From positions 32,001 through 96,000 of the forward strand of contig JAPDJY010000035.1 in NCBI GenBank assembly GCA_029258835.1: a stretch of DNA of 64,000 bases, read 5' to 3'. Origin of the DNA: Thermoproteota archaeon (GTDB lineage: Archaea > Asgardarchaeota > Jordiarchaeia > Jordiarchaeales > Freyrarchaeaceae). The notes under the pieces were generated by a model that saw nothing but the letters and a program-made list of their open reading frames with translations, did not search any database and had not been told where the DNA came from. Of the stretch, positions 48,870 through 58,333 are shown piece by piece. Each line of letters opens with the position of its first letter. Positions within the stretch are counted from its first letter, which is position 1. The translations under genes and the position numbers were made by a program.

Positions 48870-49037
48870 ATGCGGAGAAAATGTCCTAAATGCGGAGGGG
48901 CAGGAAGGATCAAGTGTCCTGAATGCGGAGGGAGAGGAAACCTTGATCCATATAGTGGGCTAATTTGCAAGACTTGCTGGGGGACTGGACGGGTTTTATG
49001 CGATATGTGTAATGGAGAAGGAGTAATAATAGAATGA
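48870..49037 (+). CDS. Stand-alone DnaJ-type zinc finger (4x CxxCxGxG), 55 aa
   Basis: MRRKCPKCGGAGRIKCPECGGRGNLDPYSGLICKTCWGTGRVLCDMCNGEGVIIE; GGTGA RBS; not in the ORF track. Confidence 0.85.
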   Translation: MRRKCPKCGGAGRIKCPECGGRGNLDPYSGLICKTCWGTGRVLCDMCNGEGVIIE

Positions 49038-49242
49038 AAAGGAGAGTTTATCAGCTAATTTAGTTTAGCCACTCGATCCAATCTTAAGTGAAGCTTATCA
49101 CGTTTTACCATAGTTACAATCTGGATGGAATGAGAGAGCAGCTAAAATAACTACAGCCTCTTTTTATATCAGCCTTTAACTCGATTAAGAAACCGAGAAA
49201 CTTTTTAAATAAAATACTGCTCAATGAGTTAAGAAGTGCGAG

Positions 49243-50628
49243 GTGATGGAAGTGGTTAAGATAGTTATCATTGGGGCAGGTGCCGCAGGAACTACGGCGG
49301 GAATATGGGCTAGGAAAACTGACAGGAAAGCAGAGATAACATTAATAACTAGAGAGCCTTACCCAGAGTATTCCCGGTGCGGCCTTCCATACACGATCTC
49401 AAGGCGGATTCCAGAGTTCACGAACCTTATAACTCATGATGCAGGATGGTATTCACGTTTCGGAAAAATGAACCTGCTTCTTGAAACAGAGGCTGTCGAC
49501 GTGAACACCAGCGATAGGATGGTAACTATAAGAGACCTGAAAAGCGGACAGGAAAAAGAGCTTGAATATGATGCATTAGTGCTAGCCACAGGGTCAAAAC
49601 CTGCCTTTCCGCCTATAAAGGGTGTAGAGGGGAAAAACAACGTTTACTCGTTAAGGACAATAGACGATGCGAGGGCAATTCATGAAGCAGCAAAGAAAGG
49701 GAAAAACTGCGTCATAGTAGGGGCAGGGCTTATAGGAGTGGAAACTACGGAGGCATTAGTTGAGCTTGGAGTAAACGTAACGATCGTGGAATTCCTTCCG
49801 AGCGTTCTACCGTTAATGATCGACCAAGACGTGTCGGACATGATTCAGGGAGCGCTTGAAGAACATGGGGTGAGCGTTTATGTTAACACGGCAGTGACTG
49901 AACTTATAGGAGAGGAAAAAGCGGAAAAAGTTGTGATGAAAAACAGGGAGACAGGTGAAGAAACATCTGTTCCTGTAGACTTTGTCGTTATCTCTGCAGG
50001 TGTTAGACCTAATACAGAGCTAGCTGTGAAGGCAGGAGTTAAACTGGGCGATACGAAATACATAAAGGTGGATTCACGGGCAAGGACTAGCGTTGAGGGG
50101 ATATACGCTGCAGGAGACTGCACGGAGTATGTTGACTTCGTAACGGGACAACCTGTACCAATAGGAATGGGAACCATAGCGGTTAGGCAGGGTAAAGTAG
50201 CAGGTATTAATGCTGCTGGCGGAGACGCGACCATGCCTAAAGGAGTATTATTAACAAGGATAACAAAGGTGTTTGGTGTGGAAGTGGCGGCTGTTGGACC
50301 AATTACACGAAACTTAGAGCGTGCAGGTATAAAACCTGTAATAGGCAAAATGACGTACTCAAGCAAGCCGGAGTACATGCCAGGAGGTAAACCAATAAGG
50401 ATGAAGCTAATGGCGGACCAAGAGGGGCGAATATTAGGAGCTCAGATTGTCGGGTATGAAGATGTGCATCAGAAAATTAACGTTATAGCAGCAGCCATGC
50501 AGGCAGACATGAACGTGGAGGAATTAGAATGGCTTGAGACATGCTACGCACCTATAAGTTGCCCAACATGGGACATAATAACCCTGACCGCAGAACCCAT
50601 AGTAAAAAAATTACGGAGAAAGAAGTGA
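49243..50628 (+). CDS. NADH oxidase/CoA-disulfide reductase-family flavoprotein
   Basis: GAGAAG, YSRCGLPY, LATGS, GAGLIG.E, YAAGDC, ETCYAP. Confidence 0.92.
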   Translation: MMEVVKIVIIGAGAAGTTAGIWARKTDRKAEITLITREPYPEYSRCGLPYTISRRIPEFTNLITHDAGWYSRFGKMNLLLETEAVDVNTSDRMVTIRDLKSGQEKELEYDALVLATGSKPAFPPIKGVEGKNNVYSLRTIDDARAIHEAAKKGKNCVIVGAGLIGVETTEALVELGVNVTIVEFLPSVLPLMIDQDVSDMIQGALEEHGVSVYVNTAVTELIGEEKAEKVVMKNRETGEETSVPVDFVVISAGVRPNTELAVKAGVKLGDTKYIKVDSRARTSVEGIYAAGDCTEYVDFVTGQPVPIGMGTIAVRQGKVAGINAAGGDATMPKGVLLTRITKVFGVEVAAVGPITRNLERAGIKPVIGKMTYSSKPEYMPGGKPIRMKLMADQEGRILGAQIVGYEDVHQKINVIAAAMQADMNVEELEWLETCYAPISCPTWDIITLTAEPIVKKLRRKK

Positions 50629-50695
50629 GAGCAGGTGGCTTGAACCCTCTAATTTGATTTCTCTAATTTTTACGGTGTGCCATTTCAGCGTTGCG

Positions 50696-51787
50696 TTAAG
50701 TATCTTTAAGGTACGAGTTGACTTCTCTAGGGTTAAATACCTCGCATTCTAAAACGTTTCTTATGAAGTTTAGCAGTTTCCTCCTTGTTTTGGGTGTTAG
50801 AGTTGGATACCATTGAGGGTGCGATATTACAGCTCCTCTCCAAGCGTAAAATGGTTGAACAACTTTAAGGAGTTCTTCGTCTCCTGTCTTGTCGAGGTAA
50901 TTTTCGTAAAACAACTCAAATAATTGCTTAAATGGCCCTGTAAGCTCGCCGAACGTGATAACACTGAAGAAGAAGTAGTTTATTGACATAGATGTTACGT
51001 CGTCCGCCGGCTCACCCCACTCTCCCCTACTTCTATCTAGAAGAGTGAAGTCTGTTCCTTCCCTGAAAAGTACATTCCAAGGGTGGTAGTCGCCATGTAC
51101 AACACTTAACCTGTGTGTGAACTTTTTTAGTTTCCACCGCCACTCAACACACTTTTTCTCTATTTTAATGAGGTCCTCCGTGGTGGCGTATTCTGGACTT
51201 GGCATATAGGTGTCAAGCAGGCCCATGAGCCCTTCCCCATGCCCTACAAGGTCTCTAACCCTTCTTATGTAAAGGTTCGGCTCGTTTCTTTTAACCTTAT
51301 GAATTTCAACTAAGTAGTCTGAAAGGGCTCGTGCTCTTTCAATGTCTATTTGCTTCAGTTTTTTTTCCTCAGAAATCCTGTCGAGGTCTATTTTGTAAAG
51401 TGTTCCCTCAGCGTATTCCATAAGAACGAAGAATTCCTCAACATCGCCAACTGATATTAAGCGTCCATCGCTTGTTACTCCTCCACAGTCGAAGGATTTC
51501 ACATGTTTGGGAAGTTTATTATATGTTTTATGGGCAAGAAGTACTACCTGAGCGCGGTCAGGCATGTATTCGTGGCCATAAGGCCCAGGTGCAACAAAAT
51601 TCATGACAAACTTTCTCAGGCGTCCTCCAATCTCTGCCTCTATAAGCTGAGGAGTCCCGTATCCAACCTCCTTAATGTCCTCTCCCTCTCCACCAATCCG
51701 GCGTACATCCTTAACTCTAACTGCTTCTTTAAAAACGCCCTTTAGGTAACGTTCAAGCTCTTCCATCGCCAAAGACAAGAAAACCAC
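50696..51787 (-). CDS. Aminoglycoside-phosphotransferase-like kinase
   Basis: GYG.P, VHGDYHPWN.LF, LDRSRGEWGEPADD. Confidence 0.82.
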   Translation of the reverse strand: MVFLSLAMEELERYLKGVFKEAVRVKDVRRIGGEGEDIKEVGYGTPQLIEAEIGGRLRKFVMNFVAPGPYGHEYMPDRAQVVLLAHKTYNKLPKHVKSFDCGGVTSDGRLISVGDVEEFFVLMEYAEGTLYKIDLDRISEEKKLKQIDIERARALSDYLVEIHKVKRNEPNLYIRRVRDLVGHGEGLMGLLDTYMPSPEYATTEDLIKIEKKCVEWRWKLKKFTHRLSVVHGDYHPWNVLFREGTDFTLLDRSRGEWGEPADDVTSMSINYFFFSVITFGELTGPFKQLFELFYENYLDKTGDEELLKVVQPFYAWRGAVISHPQWYPTLTPKTRRKLLNFIRNVLECEVFNPREVNSYLKDT

Positions 51788-51944
51788 CTCCCACAGAGAA
51801 TTTACACGGCAACCATGCTTTAAGTCAAGAGGGACAGTTTAAGTTTTCGCTTCCTAAACTTCAAAAGAAAGTAAAAGTTAATAATTAAACTTAGGTGGTT
51901 TTTCGGTTCCTCGCTTGAGCAAGCAGAGAAGGGGATGATTACAT

Positions 51945-53006
51945 ATGAAAGTTAGAGTGAATGGTTCATTGAAAGAGTACTATACTGTATGGATGGAGGG
52001 TGATGTAGTTTGCATGATAGACCAAGCAATGCTTCCCTTTGAATTTTCTGTTTATAGGGCAAGTACGCCGGAACAGGTAGCTGACGCTATAAGAAATATG
52101 CGAGTGCGGGGGGCACCTGCTATAGGCGTCGCAGCTTGCTATGGATTAGCTCAAGCAGCAATCCAGAACGCTAATCTTCCGGCTGACGAACTCAAATCTC
52201 TTCTTAGAGAGAAAGCGTCTCTTTTCCTCTCGACAAGGCCGACGGCTGTAGACATGAAAAACATGGTTGAACGGGTGCTGAGAACGCTGAATAAGCGAAG
52301 CAACTCCCAGCAAATAGTTCAGGCAGTTCTTGAGGAAGCCCGTAGGATAGCTTGGGAGAACGCCGAGGCTTGCCGAAAAATAGGGGAGTTCGGAAGTCAA
52401 CTAATAACGAAGAATGCCAGGCTTTTAGTTCACTGCAATCCCGGAGCTTTAGGAACAGTGGATTACGGAACTGCTCTCAGCATAGTGCGTTTCGCCCATG
52501 CTCAAGGGAAGAACGTGTATGTCTACGTTACCGAGACGCGACCTTGGTTGCAGGGTAGACTTACCAGCTGGGAACTAGATCAGGAAGGTATACCCTACTG
52601 CCTAATCGCGGACTCTGCGGCGGGATACTATATCTTCAAAAAAGAAGTGAATGCTGTTCTTGTCGGAGCAGACCGCATACTCCCTGACGGAACAGTCATA
52701 AATAAGATTGGGACATACATGCTTGCAGTGGCGGCATATGAAAACGACGTTCCATTTATAGTCGCAGCGCCTACGACTACGTTCGACGCGGCAATCACTT
52801 GCCCAAAAATTGAAGAGCGAGCTCCGAGGGAAGTTACGCATGTAAAAGGTTATGATGATAGAGCTAAAAGGCACGTCCATGTTAGAATTCATCCCGATGT
52901 ACCAGCGAAGAACCCCGCATTCGACGTAACCCCGGCAAAATATGTTACAGCCATAGTAACAGAGAAGGGAATCTTGAAGCCAAACGAGTTAAAGCGCATC
53001 CTCTAA
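51945..53006 (+). CDS. mtnA: Methylthioribose-1-phosphate isomerase (eIF2B-like family)
   Basis: DQ..LP, MRVRGAPAIG, RPTAV, HCN.G, ETRP..QG, GADRI, NKIGTY, NPAFDVTP. Confidence 0.9.
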   Translation: MKVRVNGSLKEYYTVWMEGDVVCMIDQAMLPFEFSVYRASTPEQVADAIRNMRVRGAPAIGVAACYGLAQAAIQNANLPADELKSLLREKASLFLSTRPTAVDMKNMVERVLRTLNKRSNSQQIVQAVLEEARRIAWENAEACRKIGEFGSQLITKNARLLVHCNPGALGTVDYGTALSIVRFAHAQGKNVYVYVTETRPWLQGRLTSWELDQEGIPYCLIADSAAGYYIFKKEVNAVLVGADRILPDGTVINKIGTYMLAVAAYENDVPFIVAAPTTTFDAAITCPKIEERAPREVTHVKGYDDRAKRHVHVRIHPDVPAKNPAFDVTPAKYVTAIVTEKGILKPNELKRIL

Positions 53007-53040
53007 AGTCATTCTCTCTAAAACTTTTTGGGGGTTCTAA

Positions 53041-53838
53041 TTGGGAGAGCTTTTATTTGTCGGCTTAGGATTATGGGATGCTAGGGATATAACCCTTAAG
53101 GGTTTAGAAGCTGCTAGGTCTGCGGACGAGGTTTACATGGACGCTTACACAAGCTTAATGGGCGGCTTGAGAATCGAAGAGTTAGAAGATTTGATAGGTA
53201 AGAAAGTTCTTCCGTTAAGCAGGAAAGACGTTGAGGAGGAAGCGAGGAAGCTCGTACTTCGCGCTAAGAAGCGGCGCATCGCATTCTTAGTTCCTGGCGA
53301 CCCTATGGTGGCTACAACGCATATTGCCCTTAGGTTAGAGGCTGAAAAAAACGGGGTAAAAACCCGCGTGATTCACGGTGTTTCAATATACTCTGCAGCT
53401 CCAAGCATATGTGGACTGGAAAGCTATAAGTTTGGAAGGTCGGTGACAATACCTTTCCCTGAGGGAAACTACTTTCCAGAAACACCGTACTTGGTTATTA
53501 AAGAGAATTTTGAAAGAGGACTCCATACGTTAATTTTCCTTGATATTAAGAAAGAGAAGAAACGTTTCATGACGATTAATGAAGGATTGAAGGTTCTCGC
53601 AAAGTTAGAAGCTAAAATATCACCGTCAGAACCCATTTTAGAAAGAATACTTATGGTTGGAATGGCAAGGGTAGGATCAGAGGATCCCGCTGTTAAAGCA
53701 GGATACTTTCAACACCTGTTAAGTTACGATTTTGGACCGCCCCCTCACATCCTGATCGCCACAGGGAAGCTTCACTTTAAGGAGGCAAAGGCACTCTACC
53801 ACCTAGCTAATGCGCCAAGATCAGTTCTCTCGATCTAA
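53041..53838 (+). CDS. dph5: Diphthine synthase
   Basis: VGLGL....IT.KG, YTS, GDP.VATTH, GL..YKFG.SVTI, GLHTL..LDI, FG.PPH. Confidence 0.95.
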   Translation: MGELLFVGLGLWDARDITLKGLEAARSADEVYMDAYTSLMGGLRIEELEDLIGKKVLPLSRKDVEEEARKLVLRAKKRRIAFLVPGDPMVATTHIALRLEAEKNGVKTRVIHGVSIYSAAPSICGLESYKFGRSVTIPFPEGNYFPETPYLVIKENFERGLHTLIFLDIKKEKKRFMTINEGLKVLAKLEAKISPSEPILERILMVGMARVGSEDPAVKAGYFQHLLSYDFGPPPHILIATGKLHFKEAKALYHLANAPRSVLSI

Positions 53839-53862
53839 AAGCGGTTATATTAAGTCTAAGAG

Positions 53863-54330
53863 CTACGCTTGATCCAGTAATCCCCACTCTCTAGCCTTCT
53901 CTATTATTCTTTTGACAATGATGCTTGAACTATTTAATTCGCCATACTTTGGAAGACGATGAACTTCTGCATGAATCCCTCTTCTTCTCAGTTCTTCTAG
54001 GAATTTTTCCATATCCTTTCTCTGGTCATATCCTAATACGATTATATCCGGCTTTTTTTCTTCAACGATCTTAAGCATGTCCTCTCCCTCGTACCCGAGG
54101 ACTGCCTCATCGACAGGCTTTAACCCTTCTATTAATCTTTTCCTTTCTCCCTCATTGAAAATTGGGGATCGGCCTCTTAGCCTGCGCACGGTTGAATCCC
54201 TAGAAATGACTACAGTGAGCTTAGCGTTTTCCCCTCCAAGCTTCTTTGCTTCCTCAAGGAACCTTAGGTGCCCCACGTGTAATATATCAAAAGTTCCGAA
54301 AACCATTACTTTCTTCATAACACCCACCAT
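53863..54330 (-). CDS. ribL: Archaeal FAD synthase
   Basis: FGTFDILHVGH, LKPVDEA, PDII.LGYDQ, SSS.I; adjacent to ribK. Confidence 0.85.
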   Translation of the reverse strand: MVGVMKKVMVFGTFDILHVGHLRFLEEAKKLGGENAKLTVVISRDSTVRRLRGRSPIFNEGERKRLIEGLKPVDEAVLGYEGEDMLKIVEEKKPDIIVLGYDQRKDMEKFLEELRRRGIHAEVHRLPKYGELNSSSIIVKRIIEKAREWGLLDQA

Positions 54331-54345
54331 TTTTTAGCTTTCCAT

Positions 54346-55023
54346 TTAGCTCTCAAGAACTACGTCAACGGTTACCACGTCCCCGTCTTTTAGGGAAAGA
54401 GCTTCTCTTAGGTAAACGGGTGCGATCACCTCTATTACGTCTTCTCCATAATGAGTTCTATTAATAAGTAACACGCTTCCTTCGGTGCCTTCCACTATCG
54501 CTTTAAAGCACTTAACTCTGCCAAAGGTTCGCCCCCCTTCTTCAAATTCTTCTATTACTATGCCAGGGTAGGCCTTCAACATTCTCCGCGCCTGCATGTC
54601 CTGATATGTTCTTAACCTTAAGTTTAAAGTCCCAGGATACGGGGTGAAACCTAATTTTTCTTCGAACCTTTTCATGTACCCTTCAATAGAGACATAATAT
54701 TTCCCTTCACCCATCCCGCTAAAGACTTCTCCGCTTATCCTGAGGTGGCGAGGCTTCTCTTCGAAAACTTCTTTAAGTCCAAGATAAACTCTTAGAAGTT
54801 CATCCATCCCTTTACCATTCACTCTGATATATTGAGCTTTAGGAGTCATTTCCCTAGTAATTAAGCCTTCTCTTTCTAATTCCTGCAATCTCCTTGATGC
54901 TGTCTGCTGGCTGATACCTAAACGATTAGCGAGTTGAGTCGAAGACAACTTAACGGTTTCTCTGCATCCACCCATTTTAGCTATTTCAAACAAGGTGAAC
55001 CACAATTCCTCATTCACGACCAC
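54346..55023 (-). CDS. ribK: HTH-fused CTP-dependent riboflavin kinase
   Basis: N-terminal HTH (SQQTASRRL); G.V.SG.GEG.YY, PYPGTLN, RTH, E.IAP..LR. Confidence 0.93.
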   Translation of the reverse strand: MVVNEELWFTLFEIAKMGGCRETVKLSSTQLANRLGISQQTASRRLQELEREGLITREMTPKAQYIRVNGKGMDELLRVYLGLKEVFEEKPRHLRISGEVFSGMGEGKYYVSIEGYMKRFEEKLGFTPYPGTLNLRLRTYQDMQARRMLKAYPGIVIEEFEEGGRTFGRVKCFKAIVEGTEGSVLLINRTHYGEDVIEVIAPVYLREALSLKDGDVVTVDVVLES

Positions 55024-55049
55024 ACCCCCGCCGAGGAGAGAACACGCCT

Positions 55050-56606
55050 TTACCTGTTCAACCTAGCTGAAAAACCTATGAATACGGGCCCTCTAACATC
55101 AATTTTCTTGTTCTTTGAAGTTAAGTAAAACCTTATGTTATCCCTCACTAAGAGGTTAATGTCAGCTGCACTTTTAACCATTTTAACTCTCATGGAAAGT
55201 TCCATTTTTTCTCCGTTTAAAATCTCTTTCTCCACTTTTCTGGCGAATAAAGCAGCTAGCCCGTCTAAGTATCTTAACTTCGCCCTTACACCTTTTGCTT
55301 TCTCTAGGGGTAACCCAAGTATGTTTCCGTTTTCAACGCATATTACATTTAACGCCGCTGGACCAAGGAGCTTGACCCCCTTCTCGGTCTCGAAGACGGA
55401 GACTGTAAGTTCACCCTTACTAGTGTTTCCTTTCCAAGCAGTAAACTCGCATGGTGCATCTGCATCCTTATTGGCTTCAGCAGTGTTAATCAACGCGTTC
55501 ATTATTTCACGTCCTAACCCGGTTTCAGGATATTCCGCGTAGGAGAGGCTTTCAGCTATTTCCTCGTCAAGGTAAAATTCTCTCTTGTAAAAGTAGGGGT
55601 AAGTTAGCCTTCTTATGTCCGTTTCACCTGTTCTTATCATAACAAACCTTTCTAAACCGAATCCAGCGTTGAATACAGGGACGCCTATTCCATACTTTGC
55701 TAGACTCACAGGCGAGTAAAAGCCACAGTCACCAACTTCAATCCACTCCTTGGTTTCTGGATGCTGGATGAAAACTTCAAACTCTGTACGTGGCGCATAA
55801 TACTTTGATGTGGCATCCTTAATTCTAAATTCCGCTTTTGAAAAACCTATTTTCCTGAGGAATTCACGTACTACTTCTTTTCCGTCGTCTAACGTGATTT
55901 CATCGGTCATGATAACCAGCGAGGCCGTGAAGGAGCTGTAAAGGTGCACCGCATCAAGCCTCTGCTCCCGCCTAAACTTTTGTCCAACAGTGAATAACTG
56001 AACTGGAAGATCACGCCACCTATAAATTTCACTTAGTACGGGAAACCAGAGAGCAGTCATGTGTGATCTAAGAGTAAGCGATGATGGGATGGGTTTAAGC
56101 TCCTTGAACTCTTGGAAAACACCGTCGATTATTTTTGTGGCATCGCTTTCAGTTAGCTCTAATTCTTTAACCATGGCTTCAACCAGATCGTCAGCCTCGA
56201 TTTCTCCTTTTTTGTACCTTCTAAAGAGCCTCTGCAGCTCCCTAAACCTGTTAAAGGACGGAGTCATCTCCTTGATTTGCCTGATCTTATCCTTGCTAAG
56301 GCCTATGTCAGGTCGAGGCAATCCTGCCAAATAGAAAACCCTGTCTAAAATTATGGGCGCTTCAGGCCCATATTCCTTATAAACCTCACTTTCATTGACA
56401 ATCACCGGCAAGATCACTTCTTCAAAGCCCATTTCCACCAAAGTTCTTCTTACTTCTTCTATGAAATCCATTATTTCATTACTCTTGCCCAACGGCTTAA
56501 GTCTAAAGCACCGCCCTTCTATCCTGAGAAATCTGCGAGACTCCATCCAAGCGGACTCATAATCCTTCTTAGCCTTCTCCAGAAGTGCTTTAATGTTGAA
56601 CCTCAT
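55050..56606 (-). CDS. sepS: O-phosphoseryl-tRNA(Cys) synthetase
   Basis: GPEA..ILDR.FYL.GLPRPD.G, LRSHMT..WF, FRREQ..DA.HL, SKYY.P..E.EV, YSP..LA.YGI. Confidence 0.93.
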   Translation of the reverse strand: MRFNIKALLEKAKKDYESAWMESRRFLRIEGRCFRLKPLGKSNEIMDFIEEVRRTLVEMGFEEVILPVIVNESEVYKEYGPEAPIILDRVFYLAGLPRPDIGLSKDKIRQIKEMTPSFNRFRELQRLFRRYKKGEIEADDLVEAMVKELELTESDATKIIDGVFQEFKELKPIPSSLTLRSHMTALWFPVLSEIYRWRDLPVQLFTVGQKFRREQRLDAVHLYSSFTASLVIMTDEITLDDGKEVVREFLRKIGFSKAEFRIKDATSKYYAPRTEFEVFIQHPETKEWIEVGDCGFYSPVSLAKYGIGVPVFNAGFGLERFVMIRTGETDIRRLTYPYFYKREFYLDEEIAESLSYAEYPETGLGREIMNALINTAEANKDADAPCEFTAWKGNTSKGELTVSVFETEKGVKLLGPAALNVICVENGNILGLPLEKAKGVRAKLRYLDGLAALFARKVEKEILNGEKMELSMRVKMVKSAADINLLVRDNIRFYLTSKNKKIDVRGPVFIGFSARLNR

Positions 56607-57243
56607 TCTTTTTCCACCCTAACTGCTTCATGAACTCTTCAAGTTTTCTTGTCAACCTTTCTTCTTGTAACACAAGGAGAAATTCTGCCCTAGTTTTCTC
56701 TAAGAGGCTACGGGCAACATCGCACTTATGCTTAAAGCCTAAAGCAATAACCTCAGGGTGGTCGATGAGCATCATGCTCAGGTATATTTCCTCCATTAGG
56801 TTCACCGCCCGCTCTGCATCACCAAACCTTTTTTCTTTCATGCTTATTAGGACGCTGCGGCGTAACTCCCCTACGAAGTCACCTAACGCCATTAGGTAAG
56901 AAACATTCGGCACATTCAATTCCTTAGGGGAAGGCATCCTTTCACCTTTCATGAAGGAGTGTAAAAGGCAAGCTTCCGCATACTCTTGAAACGCTGTGGA
57001 CGCAAAGCCCTTGAAAATGAAGTCTACGTATCTCTCCGCTACAGAAACCATTTCCTCTAAACACTTCTTCGCCTTCCTCAAGTTTTCCTCGGCGTCATCC
57101 ATTTTTCCTCTCTGCATGGACCTAATAGCAAAACCCGAATACCTGACAACATCCCTTGAAAGCGATAAAACCCTCTCTCTAACTTTATCACGTTCATCGA
57201 GCTCCCTTATTATCTCAAGGACTATGTCTCTCATGTTAAACAT
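56590..57243 (-). CDS. Translin-family protein
   Basis: RE....SR.VVR.S..AI, QEY.EA, YL..LGD..GELRR, K.DVAR..LEKT. Confidence 0.88.
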   Translation of the reverse strand: MFNMRDIVLEIIRELDERDKVRERVLSLSRDVVRYSGFAIRSMQRGKMDDAEENLRKAKKCLEEMVSVAERYVDFIFKGFASTAFQEYAEACLLHSFMKGERMPSPKELNVPNVSYLMALGDFVGELRRSVLISMKEKRFGDAERAVNLMEEIYLSMMLIDHPEVIALGFKHKCDVARSLLEKTRAEFLLVLQEERLTRKLEEFMKQLGWKKNEVQH

Positions 57244-57312
57244 AACATCACCTAGAAGGAAACGTTTTTACCCTTTTTCTTCTATCGATTGCATGGAAGC
57301 ACACGTTTCTTA

Positions 57313-58284
57313 TTACGCCACTTTCACGGGTTTATCAAGTTTGCTTAAGAGCACAACCCTACTTGCAATGGACGAGCCTATTACTTTATATCCTATCAAT
57401 TCCCCTATTTTCTCTGCGAAGGGCATCAACTCCTTAACCGATAACATGTTACCACTATTCAACCCTCGCCTAGTGGACATTCCAACAGAAACATAACTTT
57501 TACACTCTACATAGGTCGGTTCGGCTAAGTTTATTAGCTTTGCGTACCCTTCCGGGTCCATGAAATTTAATCCTTTAACTAGGGTAAGCCGGACGACTGT
57601 GGGACAGCTGAATCCCCTCATAAGGCTGAGGCTCTCCTTGACACGCTCCCAAGCATCCTTCAGGAGAGGCCTGCAGACCCTTCTATAAGTTTCCTCATCT
57701 GGAGCGTAGAGTGTAAGGTACAATTGAGTAGGATTCCTAATCTCCGCTAACCTTTCGGGCATGGTGCCATTGGTAACTAGAAACGTGGTCATGCCTTTCC
57801 TGTGGAATACTTCTATCAGCTCGCCTAGCTTAGGGTATAGGGTTGGTTCCCCCGCCAAACTTATAGCGGCGTGCTTCGGCTCGAGCGCCTCCTCCCACCT
57901 TTCCCGGCTGACTAATGGATGATGTACTGGATTAAAGCCGGTGAGGATCCTGCGTTGCGCCTCTATGCAGCCTTCAACTATCTCTTCAGGATCATCTACT
58001 TCTGCCCGCATTATCGCTAATTGGTCCCATTCAATACCAGCATCCCCTGGCTCTATGCGCCAACACGGAAGACACCTATTTGTACAGAAAACGGCACAAG
58101 GCGTCATCTGTAAGCATCTATGAGATTTGATATTATACCACTCCTGCTTGTAACAGTGCCCTCTTCCAGTTAGACCCTTATAAAACCAATGGCAGCGCTT
58201 CACCGCAGAGTGCCTTCCAACTAGCTGATACTTTTGCTTCCTCAAAATAGTTGAAAGGTCCTTCGGAATCAGGGTTTCCTGCAT
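57313..58284 (-). CDS. taw1: 4-demethylwyosine synthase TYW1
   Basis: HSAVK.CHW, CYK..Y.I.SHRC.QMTP, CTNRC..CWR, AISL.GEP, VE.K.Y. Confidence 0.95.
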   Translation of the reverse strand: MQETLIPKDLSTILRKQKYQLVGRHSAVKRCHWFYKGLTGRGHCYKQEWYNIKSHRCLQMTPCAVFCTNRCLPCWRIEPGDAGIEWDQLAIMRAEVDDPEEIVEGCIEAQRRILTGFNPVHHPLVSRERWEEALEPKHAAISLAGEPTLYPKLGELIEVFHRKGMTTFLVTNGTMPERLAEIRNPTQLYLTLYAPDEETYRRVCRPLLKDAWERVKESLSLMRGFSCPTVVRLTLVKGLNFMDPEGYAKLINLAEPTYVECKSYVSVGMSTRRGLNSGNMLSVKELMPFAEKIGELIGYKVIGSSIASRVVLLSKLDKPVKVA

Positions 58285-58333
58285 TTTTCAACCACCAATT
58301 TACGAGTGAAACATAAGTTAGAACTAAGCGACT

